A DNA stretch of 64,000 nt from assembly GCA_038134595.1 (NCBI GenBank), contig JAYPVM010000001.1, positions 4,526 through 68,525 of the forward strand. Direction: 5' to 3'. A program made the translations under genes and the position numbers. This document shows positions 48,885 to 58,855 of the stretch, one piece after another (the first letter of the stretch is position 1; the number at the start of each line of letters is the position of its first letter). The notes beneath the pieces are model-generated. The model was not told the DNA's origin, made no database searches, and saw only the letters and a list, made by a program, of their open reading frames with translations. Origin of the DNA: Pseudomonadota bacterium (GTDB lineage: Bacteria; Bdellovibrionota_C; UBA2361; OMII01).

Positions 48885-49754
48885 ATGGCTGACTCTATTA
48901 TCAACTCTCAATCTATCAATTCTGCGGACATTCTTTTGCTTGGCGCCTGTTACGATCTCACATCCAGCTTTGGAAAGGGTGCCAATCGTGGCCCCCAAGC
49001 TATCGTTGATACGCTTCATACCCAAATCGAGTTTCTTGACCGCGAAAGTCAAGTATCTCCGGCAGAGCACTTGGCTATTGCGTACAACGAGATCGAAGGT
49101 CTCCCTGATGCATCACCAGAGGATATGGTCTCCTCAATTGCCGCCCAATATGCTGAGCACTCATCGTCATTTAAAATCCTACTAGGAGGAGAGCATTCAG
49201 TAACAAATGGACCGTTACGCTATTTTGCTTCAGACGCTAGCGATATCACTGTTCTACAGATAGATGCCCACGCTGATTTGCGCTTCGACGATAGCGACTA
49301 CAACGATACCCCCTACGGTATATACGCTCATTCAGCTGTTATGAGACGAGGTCTTGAATTAGGATATAATATTGTTCAAGTCGGTCTTCGCGCCTTCTCT
49401 GCCGAAGAACAGAGCTTGTTTTCTCACGAGCGGATCACAGCACTCGAAAGAAGGCGACAAGAAATATCTCCGGAGGCGGTTCTTTCTCACATCAAAACCG
49501 ACAAAGTATACCTTACAATCGATCTAGATGGTTTCGATCCCAGTGTCATGCCTGCCACGGGCACTCCAGTACCCGGCGGTCTCGGTTGGTACGAGGGGCT
49601 CGATATTGCGCGAGCAGTTATTCAGAATCACTCATTAGTTGGATTCGATATTGTAGAACTCGCGACCCGATCGATAGACTCAATCACGCAATACAACGCC
49701 GCTCAACTTTGTTATTCACTAATTGCCGAACTGTATAAAAAAGGAGAAATATAG
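48885..49754 (+). CDS. speB: Agmatinase (ureohydrolase family)
   Basis: Arginase-fold motifs GGEHSVT, DAHADL and DLDGFDPSVMPATGTPVPGGL. I chose the start at MADSII... so that the conserved LLGACYD comes near the N-terminus. Confidence 0.8.
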   Translation: MADSIINSQSINSADILLLGACYDLTSSFGKGANRGPQAIVDTLHTQIEFLDRESQVSPAEHLAIAYNEIEGLPDASPEDMVSSIAAQYAEHSSSFKILLGGEHSVTNGPLRYFASDASDITVLQIDAHADLRFDDSDYNDTPYGIYAHSAVMRRGLELGYNIVQVGLRAFSAEEQSLFSHERITALERRRQEISPEAVLSHIKTDKVYLTIDLDGFDPSVMPATGTPVPGGLGWYEGLDIARAVIQNHSLVGFDIVELATRSIDSITQYNAAQLCYSLIAELYKKGEI

Positions 49755-49756
49755 AA

Positions 49757-51661
49757 TTGGAAGACCGGTGGAATATATCGAAAAGCGCCCAAACGTATCG
49801 ACTCGAAGCTTGGGGCACACCCTACTTTACCATAACCAAAGACGGGCATTTAAACGTTCAGCCCTCAGCCGACAATAAATCAATCGACCTCTACAAGCTT
49901 ACGAGCTCAATGGCACGCAGAGGAGTAAAAACTCCGATTCTATTTCGATTTGAAGGTATTATCTGGGACAGACTAGAGAGGATTTTTCAAAGCTTTGACA
50001 AAGCATGTCGCGAGTACGAATACGGGGGATCGTATCGATTAGCATTCCCGATTAAAGTCAATCAGCAACGACACGTCATCGACTCCGTTCGAAAGGCTCG
50101 CTCTGATGCTCGATTGGGTCTTGAAGTGGGAAGCAAGCCAGAGCTCGTTGCAATGCTTGCAGCGCATAACACTCCCGATTCGCTATTACTCTGCAATGGC
50201 TACAAGGATGACGAATATATCGAACTGGCTCTGCTTAACCGAAAGCTTGGTCGCCGAACTATTATCACGGTCGAGCAACTCCACGAAATCGATATGATCC
50301 TAGACGTTGCAAAGAAACTAGACGTCCAACCAGAGATAGGAATTCGGTTTAAACCCTCCGGAAAGGGATTCGGCCGGTGGGAGAGCTCGGCAGGGCCGAA
50401 GGCAAAATTTGGCCTCACAGCTCATGAAGTAGTACAGGCAATGGACCTCCTAAAACAGCGTGGTGCCGATGATTCCTTAAAGCTTCTACACTTTCATGTT
50501 GGCAGTCAAATCACCTCAATATCCGCTCTCAAGGATGTCCTACGGGAAGCCTCACAGATGTATACAGAGGTGGCCAAGGAATTTCCTAGCCTTTGCTTCT
50601 GGGATGTCGGTGGAGGGCTGGCTGTTGACTATGACGGCTCGCGCACCACATTTGATTCCTCAATGAACTATACAATCGATGAGTACGCTATGGACGTAGT
50701 TGCCTACATCCATGAGGCCTGCGAATCGGCAAATATTCCTGCACCCGACATTATTAGTGAATCGGGCCGAGCTATATTAGCCCATCACGCCGTCCTCGTA
50801 ACAGAGGTAACGGATGTTATGCTTAGCGAACCCGAAATGCCCGATGTAGACAATCCCCCGGGCTCTTGTAGTGAGCTACTCGAACTATGTGAAACCGCAA
50901 AAGAACTAACCCTTAAAAACTGTTTAGTATCTTTCCACGATATGCAAGATTCAGGTATTGCTATTGAACAGCTGTTTAAACTAGGGCAGATATCTCTCCG
51001 GGAACGGGCATTTGCACAACAAGTAATCTCTGCCAGCCGACGAAAGATTATAAACTTAAGCAAGCAACTCTCTCACATTCCAGAGGAGATAGCTTTAGCC
51101 CGCGAGAAAATGACTGATACGTATTTCTGTAACTTCTCAGTGTTCCAGTCGATTCCTGACTTCTGGGCAATCGGTCAGCTTTTTCCGACAATTCCGCTAC
51201 AACGGCTCGACGAAGAACCCACGCAACGAGGAATAATAGCAGACCTGACATGCGACAGCGACGGTAAGATCGATAAGTTTATCGATCTTCGAGATGTTGC
51301 TAACGCCCTGCCCCTTCATACGTTCCGTGAAGACGAGCCGTACTATATCGGCTTCTTTTTGGTCGGCGCATATCAAGAAATCCTAGGAGATCTTCACAAT
51401 CTTTTCGGAGATACCCACGCCGTTCATATTCATATCAATGAAGACGGATCATATGAAATCCCATCGCTCGTTGAAGGCGACACAGTTAAGGAGGTTCTTA
51501 AGTATGTTCAATACGACTCTGAAGAACTTGAGGAGCAAATTCGTACTGCAATAGATCTTGCATGTCGATACAAGGGTCTAAGTGATAGTGATGCCGCATA
51601 CATTAGAGCAAGATATCGCGATGCACTCGGAGGATATACCTACCTTGTAAAACACAACTAG
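49757..51661 (+). CDS. speA: Biosynthetic arginine decarboxylase
   Basis: SpeA-like N-terminus (YRLEAWGTPYFTITKDGHLNV), PLP-Lys region (FPIKVNQQ) and full-length collinearity. TTG start with a GGAGA ribosome-binding site. Confidence 0.85.
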   Translation: MEDRWNISKSAQTYRLEAWGTPYFTITKDGHLNVQPSADNKSIDLYKLTSSMARRGVKTPILFRFEGIIWDRLERIFQSFDKACREYEYGGSYRLAFPIKVNQQRHVIDSVRKARSDARLGLEVGSKPELVAMLAAHNTPDSLLLCNGYKDDEYIELALLNRKLGRRTIITVEQLHEIDMILDVAKKLDVQPEIGIRFKPSGKGFGRWESSAGPKAKFGLTAHEVVQAMDLLKQRGADDSLKLLHFHVGSQITSISALKDVLREASQMYTEVAKEFPSLCFWDVGGGLAVDYDGSRTTFDSSMNYTIDEYAMDVVAYIHEACESANIPAPDIISESGRAILAHHAVLVTEVTDVMLSEPEMPDVDNPPGSCSELLELCETAKELTLKNCLVSFHDMQDSGIAIEQLFKLGQISLRERAFAQQVISASRRKIINLSKQLSHIPEEIALAREKMTDTYFCNFSVFQSIPDFWAIGQLFPTIPLQRLDEEPTQRGIIADLTCDSDGKIDKFIDLRDVANALPLHTFREDEPYYIGFFLVGAYQEILGDLHNLFGDTHAVHIHINEDGSYEIPSLVEGDTVKEVLKYVQYDSEELEEQIRTAIDLACRYKGLSDSDAAYIRARYRDALGGYTYLVKHN

Positions 51662-51709
51662 ACAAACACTTAGCAACTTACTTTCACTATTAAACACGGA
51701 ACGAACACA

Positions 51710-52807
51710 ATGAAAAAGAAATACACAAAACTCTCAAAAGAACTCCGTAAATTCATAGTTCCTGAGAGTGATCTATCCTCTCACGGAAGACTCTCAACAT
51801 CCAAGGGAACAAAAACTGGTGTAGTATCATCATATGCTGAACGCACTCTACGGCATTGCAATGGGGGCGCAACGCTTCAATCAGCTTTGTGGCTTAAAGA
51901 GCATCTCGATAATGGTGGAAAACTTGTTGTAAGCGTTGCCGGGGCGCTCAGCTCATTTCAAGTTGGCATTATGCTCTCTGAGCTAATTCGTCAGGACAAA
52001 GTTCACCTTGTCTCCGCAACTGCGGCCAACCACGAAGAGTCTTTTTATAGATATGTGGCACACTCCCATTACGCCTATATTCCTCGTTATACAGAACTTA
52101 CTCCAGTCCAGGAAGCAGAGCTCCGTGATGCTGGATTAAGGCGGATTACGGACACGTTCCTACCAGAGGATGAGAGTGTGCGTATTATGGAGCCTCATTT
52201 GGTTAAGATGTGGCACGCGGCTCAACAAAATGGAGAGCGATACTTTCCTCACGAGTACTTCCGCAGGCTCTTTAAGGAAAAGCTCATCAAACCTGATTCT
52301 ATGGCAAACCCCGATGATTGCTGGACGTATGCAGCGTATGAAAAAGACATTCCTATTGTCATTCCAGGATTTGAGGACAGCACCATGGGTAACATCTTTG
52401 CGAGCTATACATACTCCGGAAAATACCGAAAAAATCCTGACGTTGTTTTCGAGCAAAATATCATGAAATCTGGGCTTGAATACTTTACCATGCTCTATGA
52501 CTGGTACGGAGACATCTCGAAAAAACATCCCGTTGCATTCTTACAATTAGGCGGTGGCATTGCAGCAGATTTTCCAATCTGTGTCGTACCCTCTATCAAA
52601 CACGACTTGCAAAAACACCGCGTGCGTGATTGGGCAGGATTTATAGAAATCGGCTCTTCTCCCATGTCGTACGGCTCCTACTCCGGAGCTGGTGGAAAAG
52701 AAAAGATTACCTGGGATAAGCTTTCAACGAAGAGCTATTATCAGATTATACAGAGCGATGTGACGGTTGTTTTTCCGTGGATAGCGGCGATCTTGTTAGG
52801 GCTATAA
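51710..52807 (+). CDS. Deoxyhypusine-synthase-like protein (probable homospermidine synthase-type)
   Basis: DHS-family pattern VSVAGALSSFQVG...LIRQDKVHLVSATAANHEE and a C-terminal GGGIAADFP...KH region. Confidence 0.6.
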   Translation: MKKKYTKLSKELRKFIVPESDLSSHGRLSTSKGTKTGVVSSYAERTLRHCNGGATLQSALWLKEHLDNGGKLVVSVAGALSSFQVGIMLSELIRQDKVHLVSATAANHEESFYRYVAHSHYAYIPRYTELTPVQEAELRDAGLRRITDTFLPEDESVRIMEPHLVKMWHAAQQNGERYFPHEYFRRLFKEKLIKPDSMANPDDCWTYAAYEKDIPIVIPGFEDSTMGNIFASYTYSGKYRKNPDVVFEQNIMKSGLEYFTMLYDWYGDISKKHPVAFLQLGGGIAADFPICVVPSIKHDLQKHRVRDWAGFIEIGSSPMSYGSYSGAGGKEKITWDKLSTKSYYQIIQSDVTVVFPWIAAILLGL

Positions 52808-53033
52808 CGGCATTTAATCTCACATCCATGCGCCGCAAACAACTAAAAATAGTACGTTTTTTACGGTTACCATTCCTGCCGCAAAACCGTTTCCCGTAGG
52901 GATAGGAGATCCCACTAGAGTGGTGTGGCTCATCCCCTGTAGGCTACATACAAATAACTTTGTGGCTGATGCTTCCCAGTGGGGTACAATGGTCAGAGAA
53001 CACTGATCTATTATATCAACCCGCATCAGCAAT

Positions 53034-54521
53034 ATGAAAGAAACTGGTATCATACCACCTCCCGATCCCTTTCAGGCCAGCAATCTCTCTAACGGGATGT
53101 GGTGTCGAAGCACCGCAAGCACAATCATTCACTCGCCATATACAAACACACCACTTTGCTCTGTAAGCTACGCCGGAGAATCGCTCATAGAGGAAACTAT
53201 CGCCTCAGCGAGTAATGCATTCAAGGAGTGGCGCCTTGTTCCAATAAAGGAGCGCTGTGCAATCTTACTCCGCTTTCGAGAACTTCTTCTTCGAGACATC
53301 GAGAGACTTTCAATAAGTGCAAGCCTTGAATCAGGAAAAGTTCTTGCAGAAGCTCGCGCGGAGGTCCTTAAAGGCATCGAGGTCTTAGAATTTGCCACCA
53401 GCCTCCAAAATACAGACTATGGAGGGAGTCTAGAAGTAAGTCGCGGAGTGACCTGCGAATACCGACGCGAACCCCTGGGAGTAGTGCTCGGCATTACCCC
53501 GTTTAACTTTCCAGCGATGGTTCCTATGTGGATGATTCCCATTGCAATTGCGGTCGGAAACGCATTTATTTTAAAGCCCTCCGAAAAGGTGCCCTATACT
53601 GCTTGTATTTTGGGAGAGCTTTTAGTTGAGGCTGGCCTTCCATCGGGTGTCTTTTCAATTCTTCATGGAGATAAAGAAGTAGTAGAAAAGCTAGCTTCTC
53701 ATCCGAACATTTCAGCGGTTGGTTTCGTCGGCTCTACCTCCGCCGCTAGAGCTGTATACAAAAAAGCAACTCAAGCAGATAAAAGAGCCCTCTGCTTAGG
53801 GGGCGCAAAAAACCATATTATCGTTGTCCCGGATGCTCCACACGACCTTACAGTAGATGGGATTGTAGCTTCCTACACAGGTTGCGCTGGTCAGCGATGT
53901 ATGGCCACAAGCGTTCTCGTATGCGTCGGAGATACATCAAAAATTATCGATGATGTTATTCTTAAATCCAAGAGACTTCGTCTTGGCGAAGATATGGGCT
54001 GCCTTATCGACACGCAGGCCATTACTCGACTCCGAGACGCTCTCGACATCGCAAGCGAGCAGGGCGCAGAGATTCTACTCGATGGAAGACAAGGTGAAAA
54101 CGATATACCAACACTATATAAAAACGGAAATTGGCTCGGACCATCAATACTCGACAACACCTCTCAAAATATGGACTGCGGATGTACCGAACTATTTGGG
54201 CCTATTCTCTCAATCACACATGTAGATACCCTCGACGAAGCGCTTAAACTCGAACATAGGTGTCCATACGGCAATGCAACGTCGGTGTTTACTACAAGTG
54301 GCAATGTCGCCCGTCACGTAGCACACAACGCCTCATCAGGCATGATTGGTATAAACATCGGCGTTCCCGTTCCCCGAGAGCCGTTTTCTTTTGGTGGAAC
54401 CAAAGGCTCAAAATTTGGTCACGGCGATATCACTGGTACGGATGGAGTGGATTTTTGGTCGACGAAGAAGAAGATCACAACGAAATGGAGCAAGCAAACC
54501 GACAAGAACTGGATGTCATAG
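53034..54521 (+). CDS. mmsA: CoA-acylating methylmalonate/malonate-semialdehyde dehydrogenase
   Basis: ITPFNFPAMVPMWMIPIAIAVGNAFILKPSEKVP is nearly identical to the MmsA signature. Catalytic Cys region GQRCMA. Confidence 0.85.
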   Translation: MKETGIIPPPDPFQASNLSNGMWCRSTASTIIHSPYTNTPLCSVSYAGESLIEETIASASNAFKEWRLVPIKERCAILLRFRELLLRDIERLSISASLESGKVLAEARAEVLKGIEVLEFATSLQNTDYGGSLEVSRGVTCEYRREPLGVVLGITPFNFPAMVPMWMIPIAIAVGNAFILKPSEKVPYTACILGELLVEAGLPSGVFSILHGDKEVVEKLASHPNISAVGFVGSTSAARAVYKKATQADKRALCLGGAKNHIIVVPDAPHDLTVDGIVASYTGCAGQRCMATSVLVCVGDTSKIIDDVILKSKRLRLGEDMGCLIDTQAITRLRDALDIASEQGAEILLDGRQGENDIPTLYKNGNWLGPSILDNTSQNMDCGCTELFGPILSITHVDTLDEALKLEHRCPYGNATSVFTTSGNVARHVAHNASSGMIGINIGVPVPREPFSFGGTKGSKFGHGDITGTDGVDFWSTKKKITTKWSKQTDKNWMS

Positions 54522-54541
54522 GTTTTATCAAAGGTCCTCAA

Positions 54542-55807
54542 ATGGGTAGTGAAAAAAAGCCGATCAAACCAATAATCCTAACCTCTCATCCAGCTCGAGA
54601 TGAAGCCTTACTGCATCCGATTCATTGGGGCGCTCCAACGGCGCACGAACGCGGGCCAATTGTGGGTGGAATCGCTGATTCACATCATCGAAATTGTATC
54701 GGAACTCACTCTGGCTCATATTCAGTGTATCGTGCTCTTGCAGTTGCCTCGGGGGCTCTAAAATCAGACCATATACCTGATCTAACAGACACGCGCCCCG
54801 TGGTGTCGGTCGGGCCCTTTGATAGCTGGAAGAATTCGCAAAGGATAATCTCAATCGACCCATGGGGCGCCGAAGTAGATCGACACTTCTCGCACCTAAG
54901 TAGTAGCGGCGTTCACGCGCAACCCACCATCGCCATCACTCAGGCTCACATATCAATCCCTGAGATAGTTACTCTCGTCGATAACAAGAAGATCCGTGCC
55001 GACGGCTGTGTTATACAAGAAGACGGAGATTGTTTCGTTACAAAAGCCGCCATTGAACCCGTCTGGTACCTACCTGCCATTGCACAGCGCTTTAAGATCG
55101 AAGAGAGTGATTTACGACGTGGGCTCTTTGAGCAAACCGCTGGAATGTTTCCCGAGCTTATTACGCGGCCAGACCTCTCTGTTCTTCTGCCCCCAATAGG
55201 AGGTCACACGGTTTATTTTTTCGGAGATCCCGAACTCATCCGAGATCCCTCCAAAGAGGTGACCGTTCGAGTCCATGATGAATGTAACGGCTCTGACGTA
55301 TTCGGTTCAGACATCTGTACATGCAGGCCCTATCTAATTCACGGAATTGAAGAATGTATCCTGACAGCACAAGATGGAGGTATCGGCATTATCGTTTACA
55401 ATAGAAAGGAGGGGCGCGCACTCGGAGAGGTCACGAAGTTTCTGGTATATAACGCACGAAAGCGTCAGGAAGGCGGAGACACCGCCGACAAATATTTTCA
55501 CCGAACAGAGTGCGTAGCAGGTGTTCAAGACATGCGATTTCAAGAACTCATGCCAGATGTTCTTCACTGGATAGGGATAACAAAAATAGACCGTTTTGTT
55601 TCCATGAGTGATATGAAATACGACGCTATAACCAACTCGGGCATACAAATCCTCAAGCGCGTCTCTATACCAGCAGATAGAATCCCCGCCGATGCGCATG
55701 TAGAAATTCAAGCTAAACGAGCGGCCGGCTACTTTGTCGAAGAAGCAAAACCGACAAAAAAAGAACTTACCACCGTAAAAGGGCGCTCAATGTCTATAAA
55801 AAAATAA
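54542..55807 (+). CDS. GTP cyclohydrolase II-like protein with an N-terminal extension (URC1/urg1-type)
   Basis: The C-terminal half has the RibA Zn-binding arrangement (VRVHDECNGSDVFGSDICTCRPYL) and downstream RibA-like motifs (YNRKEGRALGE). There is a roughly 200-aa N-terminal extension. The longer ORF from 54260 overlaps mmsA and is not credible; I start at the ATG at 54542. Confidence 0.7.
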   Translation: MGSEKKPIKPIILTSHPARDEALLHPIHWGAPTAHERGPIVGGIADSHHRNCIGTHSGSYSVYRALAVASGALKSDHIPDLTDTRPVVSVGPFDSWKNSQRIISIDPWGAEVDRHFSHLSSSGVHAQPTIAITQAHISIPEIVTLVDNKKIRADGCVIQEDGDCFVTKAAIEPVWYLPAIAQRFKIEESDLRRGLFEQTAGMFPELITRPDLSVLLPPIGGHTVYFFGDPELIRDPSKEVTVRVHDECNGSDVFGSDICTCRPYLIHGIEECILTAQDGGIGIIVYNRKEGRALGEVTKFLVYNARKRQEGGDTADKYFHRTECVAGVQDMRFQELMPDVLHWIGITKIDRFVSMSDMKYDAITNSGIQILKRVSIPADRIPADAHVEIQAKRAAGYFVEEAKPTKKELTTVKGRSMSIKK

Positions 55808-55831
55808 TACGTATACGCAGGACAAACCTCA

Positions 55832-57046
55832 ATGAGTGAAGACATTAAGTATCTCCTTACCCCTACTGCCATTCGAGAGCGCTCGAATCAGATCTTAGCC
55901 CTGGCTAAAAATGATCTCTTAAACCACTTTAGTTTGCACGAAGATCAGATTCATTACCTTTCTAGAGCGCTCTTAGAGGAGATACATCAGAACTATCCTG
56001 AGCGAAATATCCCCTATCACAGCAGATGGCGGCATTTCTCCGTGGATGGATCCAACAGAATCGACAGGCTCAATTCATCGCTAGAAGGGCTATCCTCTAT
56101 GGAAGCCTGCATGGCAAAACTGGAACTTACAGTTATAAGTGTTCTCCTTGATGCCGGCGCCGGAAACTCGTGGAACTACATCGACAAAGCAACCGGAAAG
56201 ACCTTCGCTCGCTCAGAAGGTCTAGCCATAGCATCACTTAATGGATTTGCATCCGGAGCATTCGGAGAGAGGCCCTTTACGGCTTCTGCAGATAGTTTGC
56301 GTGCCATCTCTGTAGAGAGTCTTGAGCAGATATTCCAAGCGACTTCATCTAATCCCCTGGCTGGAGTCGATGGTCGCGCCGCTCTCATGAATACCCTCGG
56401 TGAGTGTGCGCGAAGGATGCCGTGCGTTTTGCCCTCTACAACACCCCGACTTGGAAATATATTAGGAGAAATACTCGAGCAGACTACAGAAAACATCCTC
56501 GATGCCGAGGATCTACTCGCTATCGTACTAACAGCCTTCGGCTCAATCTGGCCTGGCCGACTACTCGTTGACGGCGTTGCTCTCGGTGATGTCTGGAAGC
56601 ATTCACAGGTGAGAGGCGAGGGTAAAACTGACAAATTAGTGCCCTTCCATAAACTTTCACAGTGGCTTACTTACTCGTTACTCGAGCCACTTGAAAGTTT
56701 TGGAATTCAGATTGTAGGCCTTGAAAAGCTGACGGGCCTCGCGGAATACCGCAACGGCGGACTCTTCATTGATGCCGGGGTTATCGCACTTCGAGAGTCC
56801 GATAGCTACCGTATCGAACATTCTCCCTCCTCTGAACTTATCGTTGAATGGCGAGCGTTAACAATTGCTCTTTTAGATCGGCTCGCCTCACAGCTCCGCG
56901 CTGATTTAGGCGTTTCTACCGAGGAAATGCCGCTTGCAAAGATCCTACAAGGAGGCACGTGGAGTCTGGGAAGGAAATTTGCTAACCGAGCCCGCACCGA
57001 TGGCAGTCCTCCTTTAGCGATTAAAAGTGATGGCACCGTATTTTAA
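55832..57046 (+). CDS. Conserved protein of unknown function, candidate URC4/urg3 (DUF1688) equivalent
   Basis: 404-aa ORF tightly packed between the RibA-like gene and upp. The family assignment is inferred from gene order and size only. Confidence 0.5.
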   Translation: MSEDIKYLLTPTAIRERSNQILALAKNDLLNHFSLHEDQIHYLSRALLEEIHQNYPERNIPYHSRWRHFSVDGSNRIDRLNSSLEGLSSMEACMAKLELTVISVLLDAGAGNSWNYIDKATGKTFARSEGLAIASLNGFASGAFGERPFTASADSLRAISVESLEQIFQATSSNPLAGVDGRAALMNTLGECARRMPCVLPSTTPRLGNILGEILEQTTENILDAEDLLAIVLTAFGSIWPGRLLVDGVALGDVWKHSQVRGEGKTDKLVPFHKLSQWLTYSLLEPLESFGIQIVGLEKLTGLAEYRNGGLFIDAGVIALRESDSYRIEHSPSSELIVEWRALTIALLDRLASQLRADLGVSTEEMPLAKILQGGTWSLGRKFANRARTDGSPPLAIKSDGTVF

Positions 57047-57061
57047 AATAAAAGGATTACT

Positions 57062-57700
57062 ATGAAAAAATCACACGCCTTAACTGTTGTCTCTCATCCA
57101 CTCATTCAACATAAACTCACTCTCATGCGAAAGGAAGAAACCCCTTGTTCGGAATTTCGCATGCTCCTCAAGGAAATCAGCCTCCTGCTTGCCTATGAGG
57201 TAACCAGAGACCTCGAGCTTACAAGCATAGACATCAAGACTCCAATTCAATCCATGAAGGCTCCCGTAGTCAAAAATACAGAGATCACCCTGGTGTCGAT
57301 TTTACGAGCGGGAAATGGGTTGTTAGAGGGAATGCTTGAGCTGCTCCCATTTGCCCGAGTTGGTCATATCGGTCTTTATCGAGATCCCGCAACGCTTGCT
57401 CCAGTTGAATACTACTTTAAGATGCCACCTCAGATATCGAAGCAAGGCATCATCGTAGTGGATCCAATGCTTGCCACCGGAAACTCAAGTATAGCAGCAA
57501 TAGCACGGATTAAAGAAAAGACTCCTCAATCTATTAAATTCATGTCTCTACTAGCAGCGCCTGAAGGTATCGAGCTTATGCAGCAGGAACATCCGGACGT
57601 TCACATTTATACCGCCGCTATTGATACATGCCTAAATGAACACGGATACATCACTCCGGGTCTTGGAGATGCTGGAGATCGCATCTTTGGAACGCGGTAA
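57062..57700 (+). CDS. upp: Uracil phosphoribosyltransferase
   Basis: The C-terminus [30 protein letters not shown] is nearly identical to E. coli Upp. PRPP-binding loop [11 protein letters not shown]. Confidence 0.95.
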   Translation: MKKSHALTVVSHPLIQHKLTLMRKEETPCSEFRMLLKEISLLLAYEVTRDLELTSIDIKTPIQSMKAPVVKNTEITLVSILRAGNGLLEGMLELLPFARVGHIGLYRDPATLAPVEYYFKMPPQISKQGIIVVDPMLATGNSSIAAIARIKEKTPQSIKFMSLLAAPEGIELMQQEHPDVHIYTAAIDTCLNEHGYITPGLGDAGDRIFGTR

Positions 57701-57733
57701 TAACACGCTTTTTTTCAGTCTCGGCTATTTAGC

Positions 57734-58855
57734 TTATCTCGACTCAAGCAACTCGTCGATAATGTGAGGCTGACGACTGGGCTCCTCATCCCATTGGTCA
57801 CTCCATAAGTGAAGCACCTGGGTAGCCCCATGTGCTTTAAAGAGCTTGTCCTGAAACACATCTCTTCCTGAACCTCGCTTTCCGTCAGGACCTATTGAGC
57901 TATGGAAAAGATCTCCGTCACATTCAACGACAATTTTCTTCCTGTCTTTTGTGACGATAAGATAATCTGCCGCCACAAGTGCCATGAGCGGCTGCTCTAT
58001 TAATACATGTCCTCTTGATTCACAGTAGCGCCTCAGGGCATCTCCAACACTTTTCTCAAAGCGGGTATTACCATAGTAATCCTGTTGTCTTTCGAAGCTC
58101 TGCAATTTATCGACATAGGCCATCTCCTCTGGCTTAATAACCTCAGCCACAATCAAAGAGTGATAAATGAGTGTCCAATTTTCCTTTGAGAGGTCTCGTG
58201 AAAGATCTTGTTCTCTGACAACTTGATCCAGACGTTCTGGGTAGTCTTTAGCAATTGCCCATGCTGTTTGCGCCAACGTCGTTTCATCGAGACAGCCCAT
58301 TTTAGAAGACCGCCTCTCTTTCGTTATTTCGTTGATACTCTGCTTGGCAAGTTCTCGCGATTGAATGTCGAGATGTGCGGAAGCAAATAGCAGTTGGCTA
58401 AAGTCTCGAGATGAAGTTTTTCTATCGCTCTTCAATCGTTCAAAAGATCTTTCAAAAAATTGGCAGTGTCTGTAACCGATATGCGAAAAGTCGCTGCATA
58501 GGTCTATAACATTGCGACAATTGTACCGACCGGTGTTTCCTAGAAAGTGATCCGCTACTTGCCCTAAGACTCTCTGAAAGGAGGATTCAAATCTTACCAT
58601 GCGATCTTCCTCGCACAATCCTCGTAACGCCCTTACGATGCGAGAACTAACCACTGGCATCTTTTTAAAATTGGGCTTGGCGAGGTACAAGCGATAGGTG
58701 AGCGCTAAGTACTGTACTCGGTCAAGCACCTCAAGCGATCTATCTTGCACAATTTCCGATACTTTGTCTGAGATCAACGCGGGATTACTTGGCAAGTCAA
58801 AGCTTACTCTTGCTGTAGGAGGCGTTGGTAATGTGTCACGATGGAATTGTTGCAT
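57734..58855 (-). CDS. Protein with a C-terminal RAP/DUF559-like PD-(D/E)xK-fold domain and an N-terminal helical region
   Basis: C-terminal pattern SVGDALRRY...HVLIEQPL...ADYLIV...KIVVECDGDLFHS...GRDVFQDKLFKAHGATQVLHLWSDQWD matches the RAP / DUF559 (Vsr-like) nuclease fold. The ORF-track start is TTG; I chose the in-frame ATG at 58855 (MQQFHRD). Confidence 0.55.
   Translation of the reverse strand: MQQFHRDTLPTPPTARVSFDLPSNPALISDKVSEIVQDRSLEVLDRVQYLALTYRLYLAKPNFKKMPVVSSRIVRALRGLCEEDRMVRFESSFQRVLGQVADHFLGNTGRYNCRNVIDLCSDFSHIGYRHCQFFERSFERLKSDRKTSSRDFSQLLFASAHLDIQSRELAKQSINEITKERRSSKMGCLDETTLAQTAWAIAKDYPERLDQVVREQDLSRDLSKENWTLIYHSLIVAEVIKPEEMAYVDKLQSFERQQDYYGNTRFEKSVGDALRRYCESRGHVLIEQPLMALVAADYLIVTKDRKKIVVECDGDLFHSSIGPDGKRGSGRDVFQDKLFKAHGATQVLHLWSDQWDEEPSRQPHIIDELLESR

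Noticed and set aside
54260-54541. 5' extension of the RibA-like ORF, overlapping the last 260 nt of mmsA.
   Set aside because: The extension is an in-frame run upstream of the likely start. The translated sequence is low-complexity (W/R/Y-rich) and overlaps a strongly supported gene. The ATG at 54542 gives a sensible 20-bp intergenic gap.
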